A stretch of 64,000 nucleotides of DNA from an uncultured delta proteobacterium (GTDB taxonomy: Bacteria; Desulfobacterota; Binatia; UBA9968): the NCBI GenBank assembly GCA_963771465.1, contig CAVYTU010000006.1, forward strand, positions 32,001-96,000, read 5' to 3'. The notes under the pieces were generated by a model, which searched no databases, was not told the origin of the DNA, and saw only the letters and a program-made list of their open reading frames with translations. The stretch's first letter is position 1; each line of letters begins with the position of its first letter. This document shows positions 38,801 through 49,170 of the stretch, in pieces. Made by a program: the position numbers and the translations under genes.

Positions 38801-41800
38801 ATGGCCGATACTTTGACCGGGCGACTCTTCAACCAAGTCGATCGAACCTCACAGGAACGCGGCCGGCGCTATTTCCAGCACGGCGCGGTGAGCAGTATCG
38901 AAGGCACTCCCTGGGCGATCCATGCGAGCGTTCAGGGCACTCGCCTGTATGACGTGGACGTGACGACGGAAAAGCATCATATCAACGCGTCTTGCACCTG
39001 TCCGTTTTTCGCCCAGGAAGAGGAACCCTGCAAGCATGTTTGGGCGGCGTTGTTGGCGGCGGAACGGAGCGGCTTTTTGTCTGCGCTGGCGAGCATCGCC
39101 GCGCCCCATCTGCGCGGCGTGCCGGTGCGCGCGCACGCCACGGAACTTGTCGAAGCGCTGCGGCTGCCCAAGCGGGTGACGCCGCCCAGTTGGAAGCAAC
39201 ACCTGCACAGTCTGCGCACCCAGCTGGAAAGAGCGGCGGAGCGGGAAAATAATTCAAGCCATAACGGGAGCGAGCTGATCTATGCGATTGATCTGGCTGA
39301 GACCCAGCGCAGCGGGTTTCCACTGATCCAGGTCCATGGGCGCGAACGCAGGGCGGATGGCGCGTGGGGCAAGATCAAGTTCAAAAAGTTCAGCGCCAAG
39401 GATGTGTCGCAAATAGACGACGCCGTCGATCGGCGCGTGATGGCGAGCTTGCTCGGCGCGACGGAAAATTTCGATTACGGCTACAGCCCCGCGACGGGTC
39501 TGTTCATGCTGACGCCGGCCATGTGGGAGATCGTCCTGCCGCTCATGTGCTCGACCGGCCGCTGCACCTTAAAGGAATCGCTGATCGGCGAGGAATTCAC
39601 ACCCCTCGAATGGGATGACGGCGCGCCATGGGATTTTTGCCTGAGCATCGCGCCGAGCGAGGCCCGCAAACCCTACACCGTCACCGGCACGCTCAAACGC
39701 GGCGAAGTCGAAATGCCGCTCGCCGACCCCACCGCGCTGGTGGCTGGCGGACTGCTGTTTTACCAGGGCCGGATCGCGCGGCTCAACGACTACGGTGTCT
39801 TCGAATGGATTTCGTTTCTACGTGGGCGTGATGGATTGACTTTTGCCAAGGGCGAAGCCGACGATTTCGTCGACGAACTCTTACAACTGCCGCGCCAACC
39901 CAGACTCCAGTTGCCCGACGAATTGAAGTTCGAATGGGTTTCGGCGCGCCCCAAACCGACTCTCAACATCAAGCCGGGCAAGAGCGATGCTTGGGGACGG
40001 GATTTTGTTCATGCGAAATTGGCGTTCGACTACGCCGGCAGCAAGATCGACTCGGAGCCAGCGCGTGCCAACGTTTATCAAAAAGCGCCGCGCCGGGTGA
40101 TTCGCCGTGACGCGGCAGCGGAGAACGCGGCCAAGACGCGGCTCGCGCAACTGGGCTTTCGCGAAGTGCTGCTGCTGCGCGACGCGCAGTTTGAATTGCC
40201 CGCTGAACGCATGGCGAGAGCGGTGCGCACGCTGACGCTGGAAGGCTGGCATGTCGAAGCCGACGGCAAGCTCTATCGCACCGCGGGCCAGATGCGCATC
40301 GAGATCAGCTCGGGCGTCGATTGGTTCGAGCTCGACGGCGGCGCCGAGTTTGGCGCTAGCCGCGTGTCGCTGCCAAAACTGCTGCGTGCGATCAAGCAGG
40401 GCGAACAAACCGTGCGCTTGGACGACGGTTCGACCGGCATCATCCCCGAAGAATGGTTGGCGAAGTATCGCCTGCTCGCTAATCTCGGCAGCGCCAGCGG
40501 CGAACATTTACGCTTCACGCGGCCCCAAGCGGGATTGCTCGACGCCTTGCTCGCCGATGAGCCGGAAGTCAAAGTCGACGACCGGTTCGCGCGGGTGCGC
40601 CAAGAGTTGAAAGATTTTGCCGGCGTCAAAGCGGCGGACCCGTCGGCGGCGTTTCTCGGTGAATTGCGCGATTACCAGCGCGATGGCCTAGGGTGGCTCG
40701 AGTTTCTCCAACGCTTCGGTTTCGGCGGCTGTCTCGCCGACGACATGGGTCTTGGCAAAACCATTCAGGTGCTGGCGCTGCTCGAAGGGCGCCGCGAAAT
40801 ACGCCGTAACGACGCGGAAAACTCGCCGCCGCCGGCGCTCGTCGTGGTGCCGCGCTCGTTGGTGTTTCATTGGAAAGGGGAAGCGGCGCGTTTTGCGCCA
40901 AAATTGCGCATCCTCGATCACACCGGCGCGGCGCGGCTCAAGCCGGGCAACCATTTTGACGACTACGATGTCATTCTCACCACCTACGGCACGCTCACCC
41001 GCGATGCCGTGCATTTGAAAAATATCCGCTTCGACTACTGCATTCTCGACGAAGCGCAAGCGGTGAAAAATGCCAGCACGCTCTCGGCCAAAGCCGTGCG
41101 CTTGCTCAAAGCCGATCATCGCCTGGCCTTGAGCGGCACGCCGGTGGAAAATCACCTGGGCGAACTGTGGAGCCTGTTCGAGTTTCTCAATCCCGGCATG
41201 CTCGGCGGCTCCTCGGTATTCGGCGGCGCCGGGCGCAACCCGGATGGCCCGACGCGAAGCGTGCTAGCGCAGGCGCTCAGGCCGTTTATTTTGCGCCGCA
41301 CCAAAGGGCAGGTGGCCAAAGAGCTGCCGGCCAAGACCGAGCAGACGCTTTACTGTGATCTCGAAGCCGGCGAGCGCAAGCTTTACAACGAGCTGCGCGA
41401 TTATTATCGCGCCAAGTTGCTCAAGAACGTCGACACCGACGGATTACAAAAGACCAAATTCCAAGTGCTGGAAGCCCTGTTGCGTCTGCGCCAAGCGGCC
41501 TGTCATCCAGGCTTGATCGACAAGGCGAGCGTCAAGCAGCCGAGCGCGAAGATCGACGCGCTGCTGGAGCAGTTGGAGCAGGTGCTGGAAGAGGATCACA
41601 AGGTATTGGTGTTTTCGCAGTTCACCAGCCTTCTCGCGATCCTGCGCGACCGGCTCGACGCCGCGAAAATTACCTATGCGTATCTCGACGGCCGCACGCG
41701 CGACCGGCAGGCGCGGGTCGAGCAGTTTCAAAACGATCCCAACGTCAAATTGTTTTTGATCAGCTTGAAAGCCGGCGGCTTGGGATTGAATCTGTACGCC

Positions 41801-42049
41801 GCCGAGTATGTTTATTTGCTCGATCCGTGGTGGAATCCCGCCGTGGAAACGCAAGCGATCGACCGCGCCCACCGCATCGGCCAGACGCGCCACGTGTTCG
41901 CTTATCGATTGATCGCCCGCGACACGGTGGAGGAAAAAGTTTTGGAGTTGCAAAAATCCAAGCGCGATTTGGCCGACGCGATCATTACGGCCGATAACAG
42001 CGTGCTGCACAATCTCACCCGGGAAGATTTGGAATTGTTGTTGTCGTGA
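38801..42049 (+). CDS. SWIM zinc finger plus SNF2-family ATPase/helicase
   Basis: CTC...CKH SWIM; LRDYQ, LADDMGLGKT, DEAQ, SGTPVEN, FSQF, GGLGLNL, QAIDRAHRIGQ. Confidence 0.95.
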   Translation: MADTLTGRLFNQVDRTSQERGRRYFQHGAVSSIEGTPWAIHASVQGTRLYDVDVTTEKHHINASCTCPFFAQEEEPCKHVWAALLAAERSGFLSALASIAAPHLRGVPVRAHATELVEALRLPKRVTPPSWKQHLHSLRTQLERAAERENNSSHNGSELIYAIDLAETQRSGFPLIQVHGRERRADGAWGKIKFKKFSAKDVSQIDDAVDRRVMASLLGATENFDYGYSPATGLFMLTPAMWEIVLPLMCSTGRCTLKESLIGEEFTPLEWDDGAPWDFCLSIAPSEARKPYTVTGTLKRGEVEMPLADPTALVAGGLLFYQGRIARLNDYGVFEWISFLRGRDGLTFAKGEADDFVDELLQLPRQPRLQLPDELKFEWVSARPKPTLNIKPGKSDAWGRDFVHAKLAFDYAGSKIDSEPARANVYQKAPRRVIRRDAAAENAAKTRLAQLGFREVLLLRDAQFELPAERMARAVRTLTLEGWHVEADGKLYRTAGQMRIEISSGVDWFELDGGAEFGASRVSLPKLLRAIKQGEQTVRLDDGSTGIIPEEWLAKYRLLANLGSASGEHLRFTRPQAGLLDALLADEPEVKVDDRFARVRQELKDFAGVKAADPSAAFLGELRDYQRDGLGWLEFLQRFGFGGCLADDMGLGKTIQVLALLEGRREIRRNDAENSPPPALVVVPRSLVFHWKGEAARFAPKLRILDHTGAARLKPGNHFDDYDVILTTYGTLTRDAVHLKNIRFDYCILDEAQAVKNASTLSAKAVRLLKADHRLALSGTPVENHLGELWSLFEFLNPGMLGGSSVFGGAGRNPDGPTRSVLAQALRPFILRRTKGQVAKELPAKTEQTLYCDLEAGERKLYNELRDYYRAKLLKNVDTDGLQKTKFQVLEALLRLRQAACHPGLIDKASVKQPSAKIDALLEQLEQVLEEDHKVLVFSQFTSLLAILRDRLDAAKITYAYLDGRTRDRQARVEQFQNDPNVKLFLISLKAGGLGLNLYAAEYVYLLDPWWNPAVETQAIDRAHRIGQTRHVFAYRLIARDTVEEKVLELQKSKRDLADAIITADNSVLHNLTREDLELLLS

Positions 42050-42098
42050 CGAGAGAACAACTCAGCGAACTCTGTGCGTCTGTGGTGAATAAACCTTG

Positions 42099-43145
42099 TT
42101 ACTTGCGCGTGATTTCCTTGAGCAGCTTGTGCCAGCTGTCCAAGGCTTGCTCGTACTGCTCGAGGGTGCCGCCTTTTTCGGGATACCAGCGCTTGAAGCC
42201 ATAGTCTTTCTGCGCGCTGCCGAAAAATAAATCTTCATAGAGCTTCTGGCCATCGGGGCTCAAGAGAAAATCGACAAAGAGAATTGCGGCGTGGGGCCGC
42301 GGCGCGTTGACGTATACCGCTGCGCCGCCGGAGCTGGCGGGCACTAAATCCATCGGCGCCCAGGCCAACGGCGCGCCGCGTTTGGCGGCGACGTGGGTCG
42401 CGCTGTAGAACTGGCTCGGCGAAGCATAGATTTCACCGGCGGCCACCAGTTGGGTCAGCGCGCTGCCGGCCATCATATGAATGCGCATGTTCTGGTCTCT
42501 CAGGCGCTTTGCGAATCCGTCACCCTTGGCTTTGATCATCGCGCCGATGATGCGCGCGCCGGTGTCTTCGCCCGCGATACCCATGTTGTCTTTGAGCGCC
42601 GGCCGCAACAGCCCGTCGAAGTTTTTCGCCACATCGGCGCCTTTTATGAAGCGCGTGTTATAAGCGAAGCCGACATACGACTCGCGCGCGGTGACCCAGT
42701 AAACCAGGTTTCTCGGCGCTTTCTCCTTGGCGTCATCGGGGAACGTGGCGAGATAAGGCGACGCGTAAGGCAGCAGCAGTTGGCTATCGCGGAAGGTCAT
42801 CAAGCCCGGTGGAGTCGTTTCGATCGCATCGGCAATGTGACGGCGCGCTTTGGCCTCGGTGAGCAGCCGTTGGGCCAAAGCGCTCGATCCGGTGCGATAA
42901 GTTTCGACGCTCACGCCGGGATATTTTTTCTCGAAGGCGTTGGCGATCTGTTTGTTTTGCTCGGCCGCGAGCGTGGTGTACCAAACCAGTTTGCCCTCGC
43001 GCTTGGCGCCGTCGAACAAAATCCGTTCGCGGTCTGCGCCGCTGTGAGCCGCTAATTCGGCAGGCGACAATGTCTTGGCGCTTTGGCTCCACGCGGTTGC
43101 GGTGCCAAACTGGAGAACGATTAGGACGATGATTGAAAGTTTCAT
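42099..43145 (-). CDS. Extracellular solute-binding protein (SBP_bac_6/Fe(III)-type family)
   Basis: Signal peptide; GAKREGKLVWY, FEKKYP, AYNT, APRPHAAILFVDFLLSPDGQ. Confidence 0.88.
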   Translation of the reverse strand: MKLSIIVLIVLQFGTATAWSQSAKTLSPAELAAHSGADRERILFDGAKREGKLVWYTTLAAEQNKQIANAFEKKYPGVSVETYRTGSSALAQRLLTEAKARRHIADAIETTPPGLMTFRDSQLLLPYASPYLATFPDDAKEKAPRNLVYWVTARESYVGFAYNTRFIKGADVAKNFDGLLRPALKDNMGIAGEDTGARIIGAMIKAKGDGFAKRLRDQNMRIHMMAGSALTQLVAAGEIYASPSQFYSATHVAAKRGAPLAWAPMDLVPASSGGAAVYVNAPRPHAAILFVDFLLSPDGQKLYEDLFFGSAQKDYGFKRWYPEKGGTLEQYEQALDSWHKLLKEITRK

Positions 43146-43268
43146 GTCGTGGCCAGACTAGTAAAAATTATTTTCGCGCGCAACGCGATGCGCATCATCA
43201 GCTGGATCGATTTCTCTATCAGTCAAAAGGGCCGGCGGCCGGCGACGCTTTTTGAACTGGTTAGTTGG

Positions 43269-43298
43269 TTGACAGCGGCGCATGGGACTCTGTAAGCT
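43269..43298 (+). promoter_or_regulatory. Candidate sigma70 promoter
   Basis: TTGACA-18 nt-TAAGCT, followed by an AAGGAGG RBS. Confidence 0.45.
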
Positions 43299-43334
43299 CG
43301 ACAAAATTGCCGGTAACCCCAAGGAGGCTGATTC

Positions 43335-45050
43335 ATGGCTTACGATATCTTGATCAAAGGCGGGCGGATTTATGACGGCAGCGGTTTGCCGTCCTATCTC
43401 GGAGACGTCGCGGTGCAGGATGGCAAGATCGTCGAGACCGGACGGATCAGCGGCAGCGCAAAACGCGTTGTCAATGCCGACGGCTTGGCTGTGTCGCCCG
43501 GCTTTATCGATTTCCACACCCACCTCGATGCGCAATTGCTTTGGGACCCGCTGGCTACTTCTTCCTGCTATCACGGCGTGACTACCGTGATCCCCGGCAA
43601 CTGCGGCTTGTCGTTGGCGCCATGTAAGGAACCGGATCGCGATACCATCCTCAGAAGCTTTGAGCGCGTCGAGGCGATCACATTTCCCGCGTTGAAGGCC
43701 GGGGTGAAGTGGGGGTTTACCACCTTTGGGCAGTATCTCGACGCCATGCGCGGCAATCTCGGCGTCAACGTCGCATCGTTGGTGGGCCACTGCGCGTTGC
43801 GCCAGTTCGTCATGGGCGAAGCTTCCCTCGAGCGCGCGGCGACGCCGGCGGAAATCCAGCAGATGAAAGAAGTGCTCAAAGCCAGCGTACGCGCGGGCGC
43901 CGCCGGCTTCTCGACCAATCAGAATCCCGTCCATATGTATGCCAACGGCACGCCGATCCAAAGCCGCTTCGCCACCGACGAAGAAATCGTCGAATTGGCC
44001 TGCGCGTTGGGCGAGATAAATCAGGGCGCGGTGCAGATCTCGCGCGGTTCGCTCGGCGTCTCGGTGCCGATCCCGCCGAGCCTGAAGCTTTTCGAAGAGA
44101 TTTCCTCGCGCTCTGGCAGGCCGGTGATCTGGCAAAGCATCGCCCATCGCTGGGAGAGGCCCAACGAATGGCGCATGCTATTAGACCTGGCGAAAGAAAC
44201 CATCGACCGCGGCGTGCAATCTTATCCGCTGTGCAACGCCCGGCTGTTCAACAACCGATTGACCATGAAAACTGCCCAGGTGTTCGACGATCTGCCGACC
44301 TGGAAGACGATTCTATTTCTACCTATCGAAGAGCGCATCAAGGCGATCCAAGACCCCGAAACGCGAAAAAAGATGCGCTTTGAAGCGGTGGAAGATAAAA
44401 AGTTGTCGCGTTTTTCGCGGCGCTGGGATCTGGTCTATTTAATCAACGCCGTCAAACCGGAGAATAAGTATCTGGAGAAGAAGAGCGTGGCGGAGATCGC
44501 CAAGATTCGTAACCAAGACGTCATCGACGCTTTTCTCGATCTATCGTTGGAGGAAGGACTAGACACCGAGTTCCAAACTTCCAGCAACAATGGCGATGAA
44601 GACGCGGTGGCGGAAATCATTCGCAGCCCCTATGTGCTGGTCGGCCAATCGGACGCCGGCGCCCATCTGATCTACGACGCGGGCTTCGGCTACGCGACGC
44701 GGTTGCTCGGCTACTGGGTGCGCGAGAAGCAAATCATGAGCTTGGAAGAAGGCGTGCGCAAGCTCACCTTCATGGTCGCGTCGATCTTCGGCCTGCGTGA
44801 CCGCGGCCTGTTGCGACCGGGTTTGGCCGCGGACTTGTGTGTCTTCGATCCGTCAACGATCCGCGAGTGTGACGCGGAGATGGTGCAGGACTTGCCCGGC
44901 AATGAAAAACGCTTCATTCAGAAAGCGGTCGGTATCGAGATGACGATCGTCAATGGTCAAGTGTTGGTGGAAAAAGAAAATCATACTGGCGCGCTGCCGG
45001 GAACGGTGCTTGGTGGGGGAAACGGCAATGCGCTGCAGGCTGCGGCATAA
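43335..45050 (+). CDS. N-acyl-D-amino-acid deacylase-like amidohydrolase
   Basis: YDILIKGGRIYDGSG, PGFIDFHTHLD, GVTT..GNCG, SDAGAH, RDRGLL, DLPG. Confidence 0.9.
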   Translation: MAYDILIKGGRIYDGSGLPSYLGDVAVQDGKIVETGRISGSAKRVVNADGLAVSPGFIDFHTHLDAQLLWDPLATSSCYHGVTTVIPGNCGLSLAPCKEPDRDTILRSFERVEAITFPALKAGVKWGFTTFGQYLDAMRGNLGVNVASLVGHCALRQFVMGEASLERAATPAEIQQMKEVLKASVRAGAAGFSTNQNPVHMYANGTPIQSRFATDEEIVELACALGEINQGAVQISRGSLGVSVPIPPSLKLFEEISSRSGRPVIWQSIAHRWERPNEWRMLLDLAKETIDRGVQSYPLCNARLFNNRLTMKTAQVFDDLPTWKTILFLPIEERIKAIQDPETRKKMRFEAVEDKKLSRFSRRWDLVYLINAVKPENKYLEKKSVAEIAKIRNQDVIDAFLDLSLEEGLDTEFQTSSNNGDEDAVAEIIRSPYVLVGQSDAGAHLIYDAGFGYATRLLGYWVREKQIMSLEEGVRKLTFMVASIFGLRDRGLLRPGLAADLCVFDPSTIRECDAEMVQDLPGNEKRFIQKAVGIEMTIVNGQVLVEKENHTGALPGTVLGGGNGNALQAAA

Positions 45051-45103
45051 GAAGAAAAGAATTAGCTCAAAGAATACAAAGGGCACTAAAATAATTCGGG
45101 CTT

Positions 45104-45128
45104 GTAGGGGCGGGTTGAAACCCGCCCT
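45104..45128. repeat. GTAG-type REP-like hairpin
   Basis: GTAG followed by GGGCGGGT-TGAA-ACCCGCCC. Confidence 0.55.
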
Positions 45129-45182
45129 TCGAGTTTCAAGATGTAATAGAGTTTCATGATTTCTAGATAATGGGAGGTTAGG

Positions 45183-45965
45183 ATGGCTGATAAAGGAAAA
45201 ATTGTAACTGGACTCGGTAAAGCGGAAGAACGCCGCATCCTGGTGCGAGGTCATGATTTGCTCGAGGAGTTGCTGGGTAAAATTACTTTTACGGAGATGA
45301 CATGGTTGATGCTTGTGGGTAAGATGCCGACGCCACAGCAAGCGCGCATGATCGACGCTCTGTTGAATATCCTGGTAGAGCACGGGATGGTCAGCAGTGT
45401 GGTAGCGGCACGCCTGACCTATCACACGGCCCCCGAAGCGCTTCAAGGCGCGGTCGTGGCATCGCTTCAAGGCGCAGGTAGCGTGCATCTCGGCTCCTCG
45501 GAGTACGCCGCGAAATGGATGGTGGATGCTCTCAAGAAGAATAAGGCAGACGGTGATCTGGATGCGATTGCCGCAGAAGTCGTCGCTAATCACGCCAATG
45601 CGAACCGACGCATCGCCGGCATCGGTCACAGAACTCATCCACACGGCGATCCGCGCGCGGTGAAGCTATTTCAAATCGCTAGCGAGACCGGCGTCTATGG
45701 ACGCTACTGCGCACTGATCGAGCGCGTGAGCGTCGCGGCCGAGAAGCAACACAAGCGCGCCTTCCCGCCAAATGTCACTGGGGCGATCGGCGCTATCGCG
45801 TTGGACATGGGTATTCCCTGGCAATTGACAAAGGGCTTTGCGCTAATTGGCCGGACCTTGGGGACCATTGCACATATCGGTGAAGAGATCCGTAATCCCA
45901 TGGCGGAGAATATCAACAAGGCGATCAAAGACGCCCTGGTTTATGAAGCCGAGAGCGAAAACTGA
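45183..45965 (+). CDS. Citrate synthase-like / citryl-CoA lyase family protein
   Basis: VRGHDL, LVEHG, HLG, GIGH.TH..GDPRA, NVTGAIG, R..G.IAH..EE. Confidence 0.85.
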   Translation: MADKGKIVTGLGKAEERRILVRGHDLLEELLGKITFTEMTWLMLVGKMPTPQQARMIDALLNILVEHGMVSSVVAARLTYHTAPEALQGAVVASLQGAGSVHLGSSEYAAKWMVDALKKNKADGDLDAIAAEVVANHANANRRIAGIGHRTHPHGDPRAVKLFQIASETGVYGRYCALIERVSVAAEKQHKRAFPPNVTGAIGAIALDMGIPWQLTKGFALIGRTLGTIAHIGEEIRNPMAENINKAIKDALVYEAESEN

Positions 45966-46111
45966 ATCGAATTTTTGTAGAGAATAACACTGGGTGAGAA
46001 GCGCCGGACCGCGCCGGTTGTTCATGTATCCGGAACCGGTCTTATTCCAGGTGGGCGCAGGCGGCGCGCTGCTCCAAGTGCTCTCCGGACCACTCGCCGC
46101 ATCAACTAATA

Positions 46112-46137
46112 GGCGTGTGCCTCGCGAAGCACACGCC
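46112..46137. terminator. Hairpin between convergent genes
   Basis: 9-bp stem GGCGTGTGC / GCACACGCC; no clear U-tract. Confidence 0.45.
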
Positions 46138-46146
46138 GCCAACGTG

Positions 46147-47319
46147 CTACAACCCGAGCTGATATAACTTATTGGTATTTTCCCGTGCTAGCTTCCTCTT
46201 GACCGCTGGATCGATCCCTTCAAAGTTTCGGTCCACGGTATCGCGCGAGTAGGGAAAGGTGGTAACCCCGTGGGGATAATCACTAGCCCAAAGAAAGTTG
46301 TCGGTTCCGTAAACCGGTGTTGTTAGCACGCCGGCTCGGTCGTCCTGATAGGTAAAAAAAACATTGCGCTTGAAATATTCGCTCGGTGGCAATTTGTTTA
46401 CATTCAGATCCGCGTCAAAAGTGCTTTCCCGGCCAAACCAATAATCTATTTGCTGCACTAGATTGGCGACCCAGCCGACGTCAAACTCAGCGCATACGAC
46501 TTTGAGCTTGGGATGGCGGTCGAACACTCCGGAGAAGATGACATTGCCCAGGAATTGCTGACTCGGCAACTGCCGGTTACCGACACCGGCAATCTGCTTC
46601 CACGGTGCTACTTGTCGCGGCCCCTCGAAATGCGTGCGCGCTTCGCCCTGGGTCGAGGTGGTATGAACGTTGATCACCAACCCGGTCTCCTCTGCGGCAG
46701 CCCAGATGGGCTCGTATTGGGGCTCATAAAACCCACTGTCTTTGATCCTTGTGGGAATTTGCACTCCCTTGAATCCCAATTTCGCGTAGTGAAAAATATC
46801 CTCCACGGTATGCTGCGGATCTATGATCGAGAGCAACGCCAAACCGACGAGCCTTTTCGGGTTGTGACGGCAAAATTCATGGAGCCAATCATTGTAGGAG
46901 TGAAAGATAGCTCGTTGATAAGGTTCGTCGGTTATGCCGTAAAAGAAACGGGCCGGGCTGGCAAACAAAATTTCCGCTTCGATTCCATCTTCATCCTGAT
47001 CCTTCAACCGGGCAGCGGGGTCCCATCCGCCGGGAAAATCTTCATAGCGGAAATTCTCATTGAAGCGGATCGATTCGAAGTGCTTCTTTTGTTCTACCTC
47101 TGAGATCCCTTTATTTTTACCGACGGCCAATCCTTCGGAGTAGTGAGAACAACCGATGGGTGGCAGCCCGTCGACGATCAGCCATGTGCCTTTGGGCACT
47201 CCCGGCGGGTCTTTGACCACTTTGGGTGCTCGGTCGCCGTACTTTTTCTGAACTCTTTCCCACGCTGCCGGCGGTTCGTTCACATGACTGTCCGCGGATA
47301 TCAACGAAAAATTTGGCAT
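46147..47319 (-). CDS. Amidohydrolase_2 family protein
   Basis: ISADSHVNEP, GGWDP..RLKDQD, YNDWL.EFC, VH, SGVFDRHP, WASDYPH. Confidence 0.9.
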   Translation of the reverse strand: MPNFSLISADSHVNEPPAAWERVQKKYGDRAPKVVKDPPGVPKGTWLIVDGLPPIGCSHYSEGLAVGKNKGISEVEQKKHFESIRFNENFRYEDFPGGWDPAARLKDQDEDGIEAEILFASPARFFYGITDEPYQRAIFHSYNDWLHEFCRHNPKRLVGLALLSIIDPQHTVEDIFHYAKLGFKGVQIPTRIKDSGFYEPQYEPIWAAAEETGLVINVHTTSTQGEARTHFEGPRQVAPWKQIAGVGNRQLPSQQFLGNVIFSGVFDRHPKLKVVCAEFDVGWVANLVQQIDYWFGRESTFDADLNVNKLPPSEYFKRNVFFTYQDDRAGVLTTPVYGTDNFLWASDYPHGVTTFPYSRDTVDRNFEGIDPAVKRKLARENTNKLYQLGL

Positions 47320-47746
47320 GGCTCGTTGGACCTCCTGCGACTAAGCTTCAAAAATTGCCGTTGTCATTGCTCAACCAACGTTGATGCTGATTTCCTGCAA
47401 CTCTCTTGGATTAAACTCGCATACAGGGACAGCACTCTGCAAGAACTTGGGTGTGGTGGCTTGTTCCTTTGTGCCGTTTGCCGAACCCTTGTCGGAGCAC
47501 TCTAAGGTGTCGAATACGGATCGTCAGGAGTGGCCCGCGTATGCTTAGAGTTCTCTTGTATCGCAGCTAGCGTTACTAGCTTTGGTTCTGTCGAGGCGAC
47601 TCTGCCTTGACAGCTTTACTAAGGTGGTGGTACGTCGTCCAATAACGCTTTGATCAGGAGCCCTCCCATAGTCCATGCTCAAAGTAAGATGCCGGGCTCT
47701 AACAAGTTTTAACCGGCGCATCGCTGCAATAAAGAAAAAAATCACA

Positions 47747-49112
47747 ATGACACCACCACCCGTTACAAGCCGCTTTGCCGCATTCGTCGCCGAAACCGAC
47801 TACTCATCTATTTCCCGCAAGGCGATCGAAAATGCCAAGCTTCACATCCTCGACACTTTGGGCGTCGCCCTTGCCGGATACGAACATCCGGTAGCCAATA
47901 TCGTCCTGGATTACTGCAAATCTATGGGCGGGACGCCTGACGTTACCATCGTTGGATCGAGCCAGAAAACTTCGGTTCCCATGGGCGCCTTTGCCAATGG
48001 ACTCTTGGCTCACGCCATCGACTATGATGACTGGGACGCTGTAGCGCGCGTAGGTCATCCAAGCTGCATGATCGTGGCATCCTCACTCTCAATTGGCGAG
48101 GCCAATGGCGCTTCAGGGAAAGACTTCTTGAGGGGCATACGTAGTCGGGATTGAAATCGCCACCCAGATTGCAGCCGCTTGCCCAGATATTATCAAGAGA
48201 GGATTTCATAGCACGCCGATTTACGGCAGCATGGGCTCGGCGGCGGCAGCCGCGAGCATTTTGAGACTCAAGGCAGATCAGGTTAGGGCAGCGTTCGGCA
48301 TCGCTGCCTCTGCGGCCGGCGGCCTCTTTCGTCAGCAAGGCTCAATGGTAAAGCCGTTTCACGCCGGCAACGGGGCGCGCAATGGAGTAGAGGCCGCGCT
48401 CCTGGCGGCAAGAGGTTTTACCGCAGATGAGGCTATCATCGAAAACCCTATCGGCTTTTGCGATACGTTTTTCTTCGGCAACAACACCTGCGACTACGAA
48501 AAAATGCTCGAAGGATTGGGCAACCCGTTCTACGTGGACTCGCCCGGTCTCTCGTTCAAACTCTATCCGTGCAGTGCGCCGCAGTTCCTTGCCGCTGACG
48601 CCACGCTTCATTTAGTGCGCGAGCACAATATCCGTTTTACAGACGTAAAGAGCGTCGAGCTTCGCTTGAACCCGGCGCGCTACAAGCAGCACTATCGCCC
48701 AACGGTGCAGTCTGGCTTGCAAGGCAAATTTACCACCAACTACGTTTGCGCCCTTGCCGTGCTGAACGGGTGGCTTGACAGAGCATGTTTTACTGATGCT
48801 AAGGTGCGCGAGCCTGAGGTCCTGGAAGCGATGAACAAGGTCAACGTCATCATGGACCAGACGATTCCGGAGCGGGGGGAATACTGTCCGGTTACAATCG
48901 AACGAACTGACGGAAGCAAGGTTCAATACACCGCGACGATTCAAAAGGGGCACGCCAAGAATCCGCTCACTGAAGATGAGGTCCTGGAAAAATTCCGCAG
49001 TAACGTCACTGTCAGAATTTCAAAAGACCAGGGCGAAAAAATAATTGCTTGCGTTCGTACTCTTGAAACCCTGGGCAACGTTCGAGAACTGACGAAACTC
49101 CTGGCCGCTTAA
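47747..49112 (+). pseudogene. MmgE/PrpD family gene with a +1 frameshift in the GGGG run at 48132-48135
   Basis: ORF1 LDTLGVALAG...HAIDYDD..GHPS...GKDFLR. Removing one G gives AYVVGIEIATQ...RGFHSTPIYGS, in frame with ORF2 (KPFHAG, KLYPC). Confidence 0.85.
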
Positions 49113-49170
49113 TTTGCTGGCCACATTACGCAGCGGCGCGGACACTCGCAAGGGTCGTTCATGAGCGCGC

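Noticed and set aside
21150-42049. SWIB plus SNF2 as a bacterial SWI/SNF-like complex
   Set aside because: The genes are 17 kb apart on opposite strands with unrelated operons between; both families are widespread, so proximity is not evidence
43158-44147. Long antisense or alternate-frame ORFs (also 396..1139, 11907..12686, 17450..18301, 34112..34879, 35217..36002)
   Set aside because: Shadow ORFs of well-supported genes in GC-rich DNA with no recognisable motifs
47320-47746. Possible small gene or ncRNA in long intergenic regions (also 27163-27580 and 52545-52809)
   Set aside because: No convincing ORF, RBS or known RNA motif by eye; an Infernal/Rfam scan would be needed
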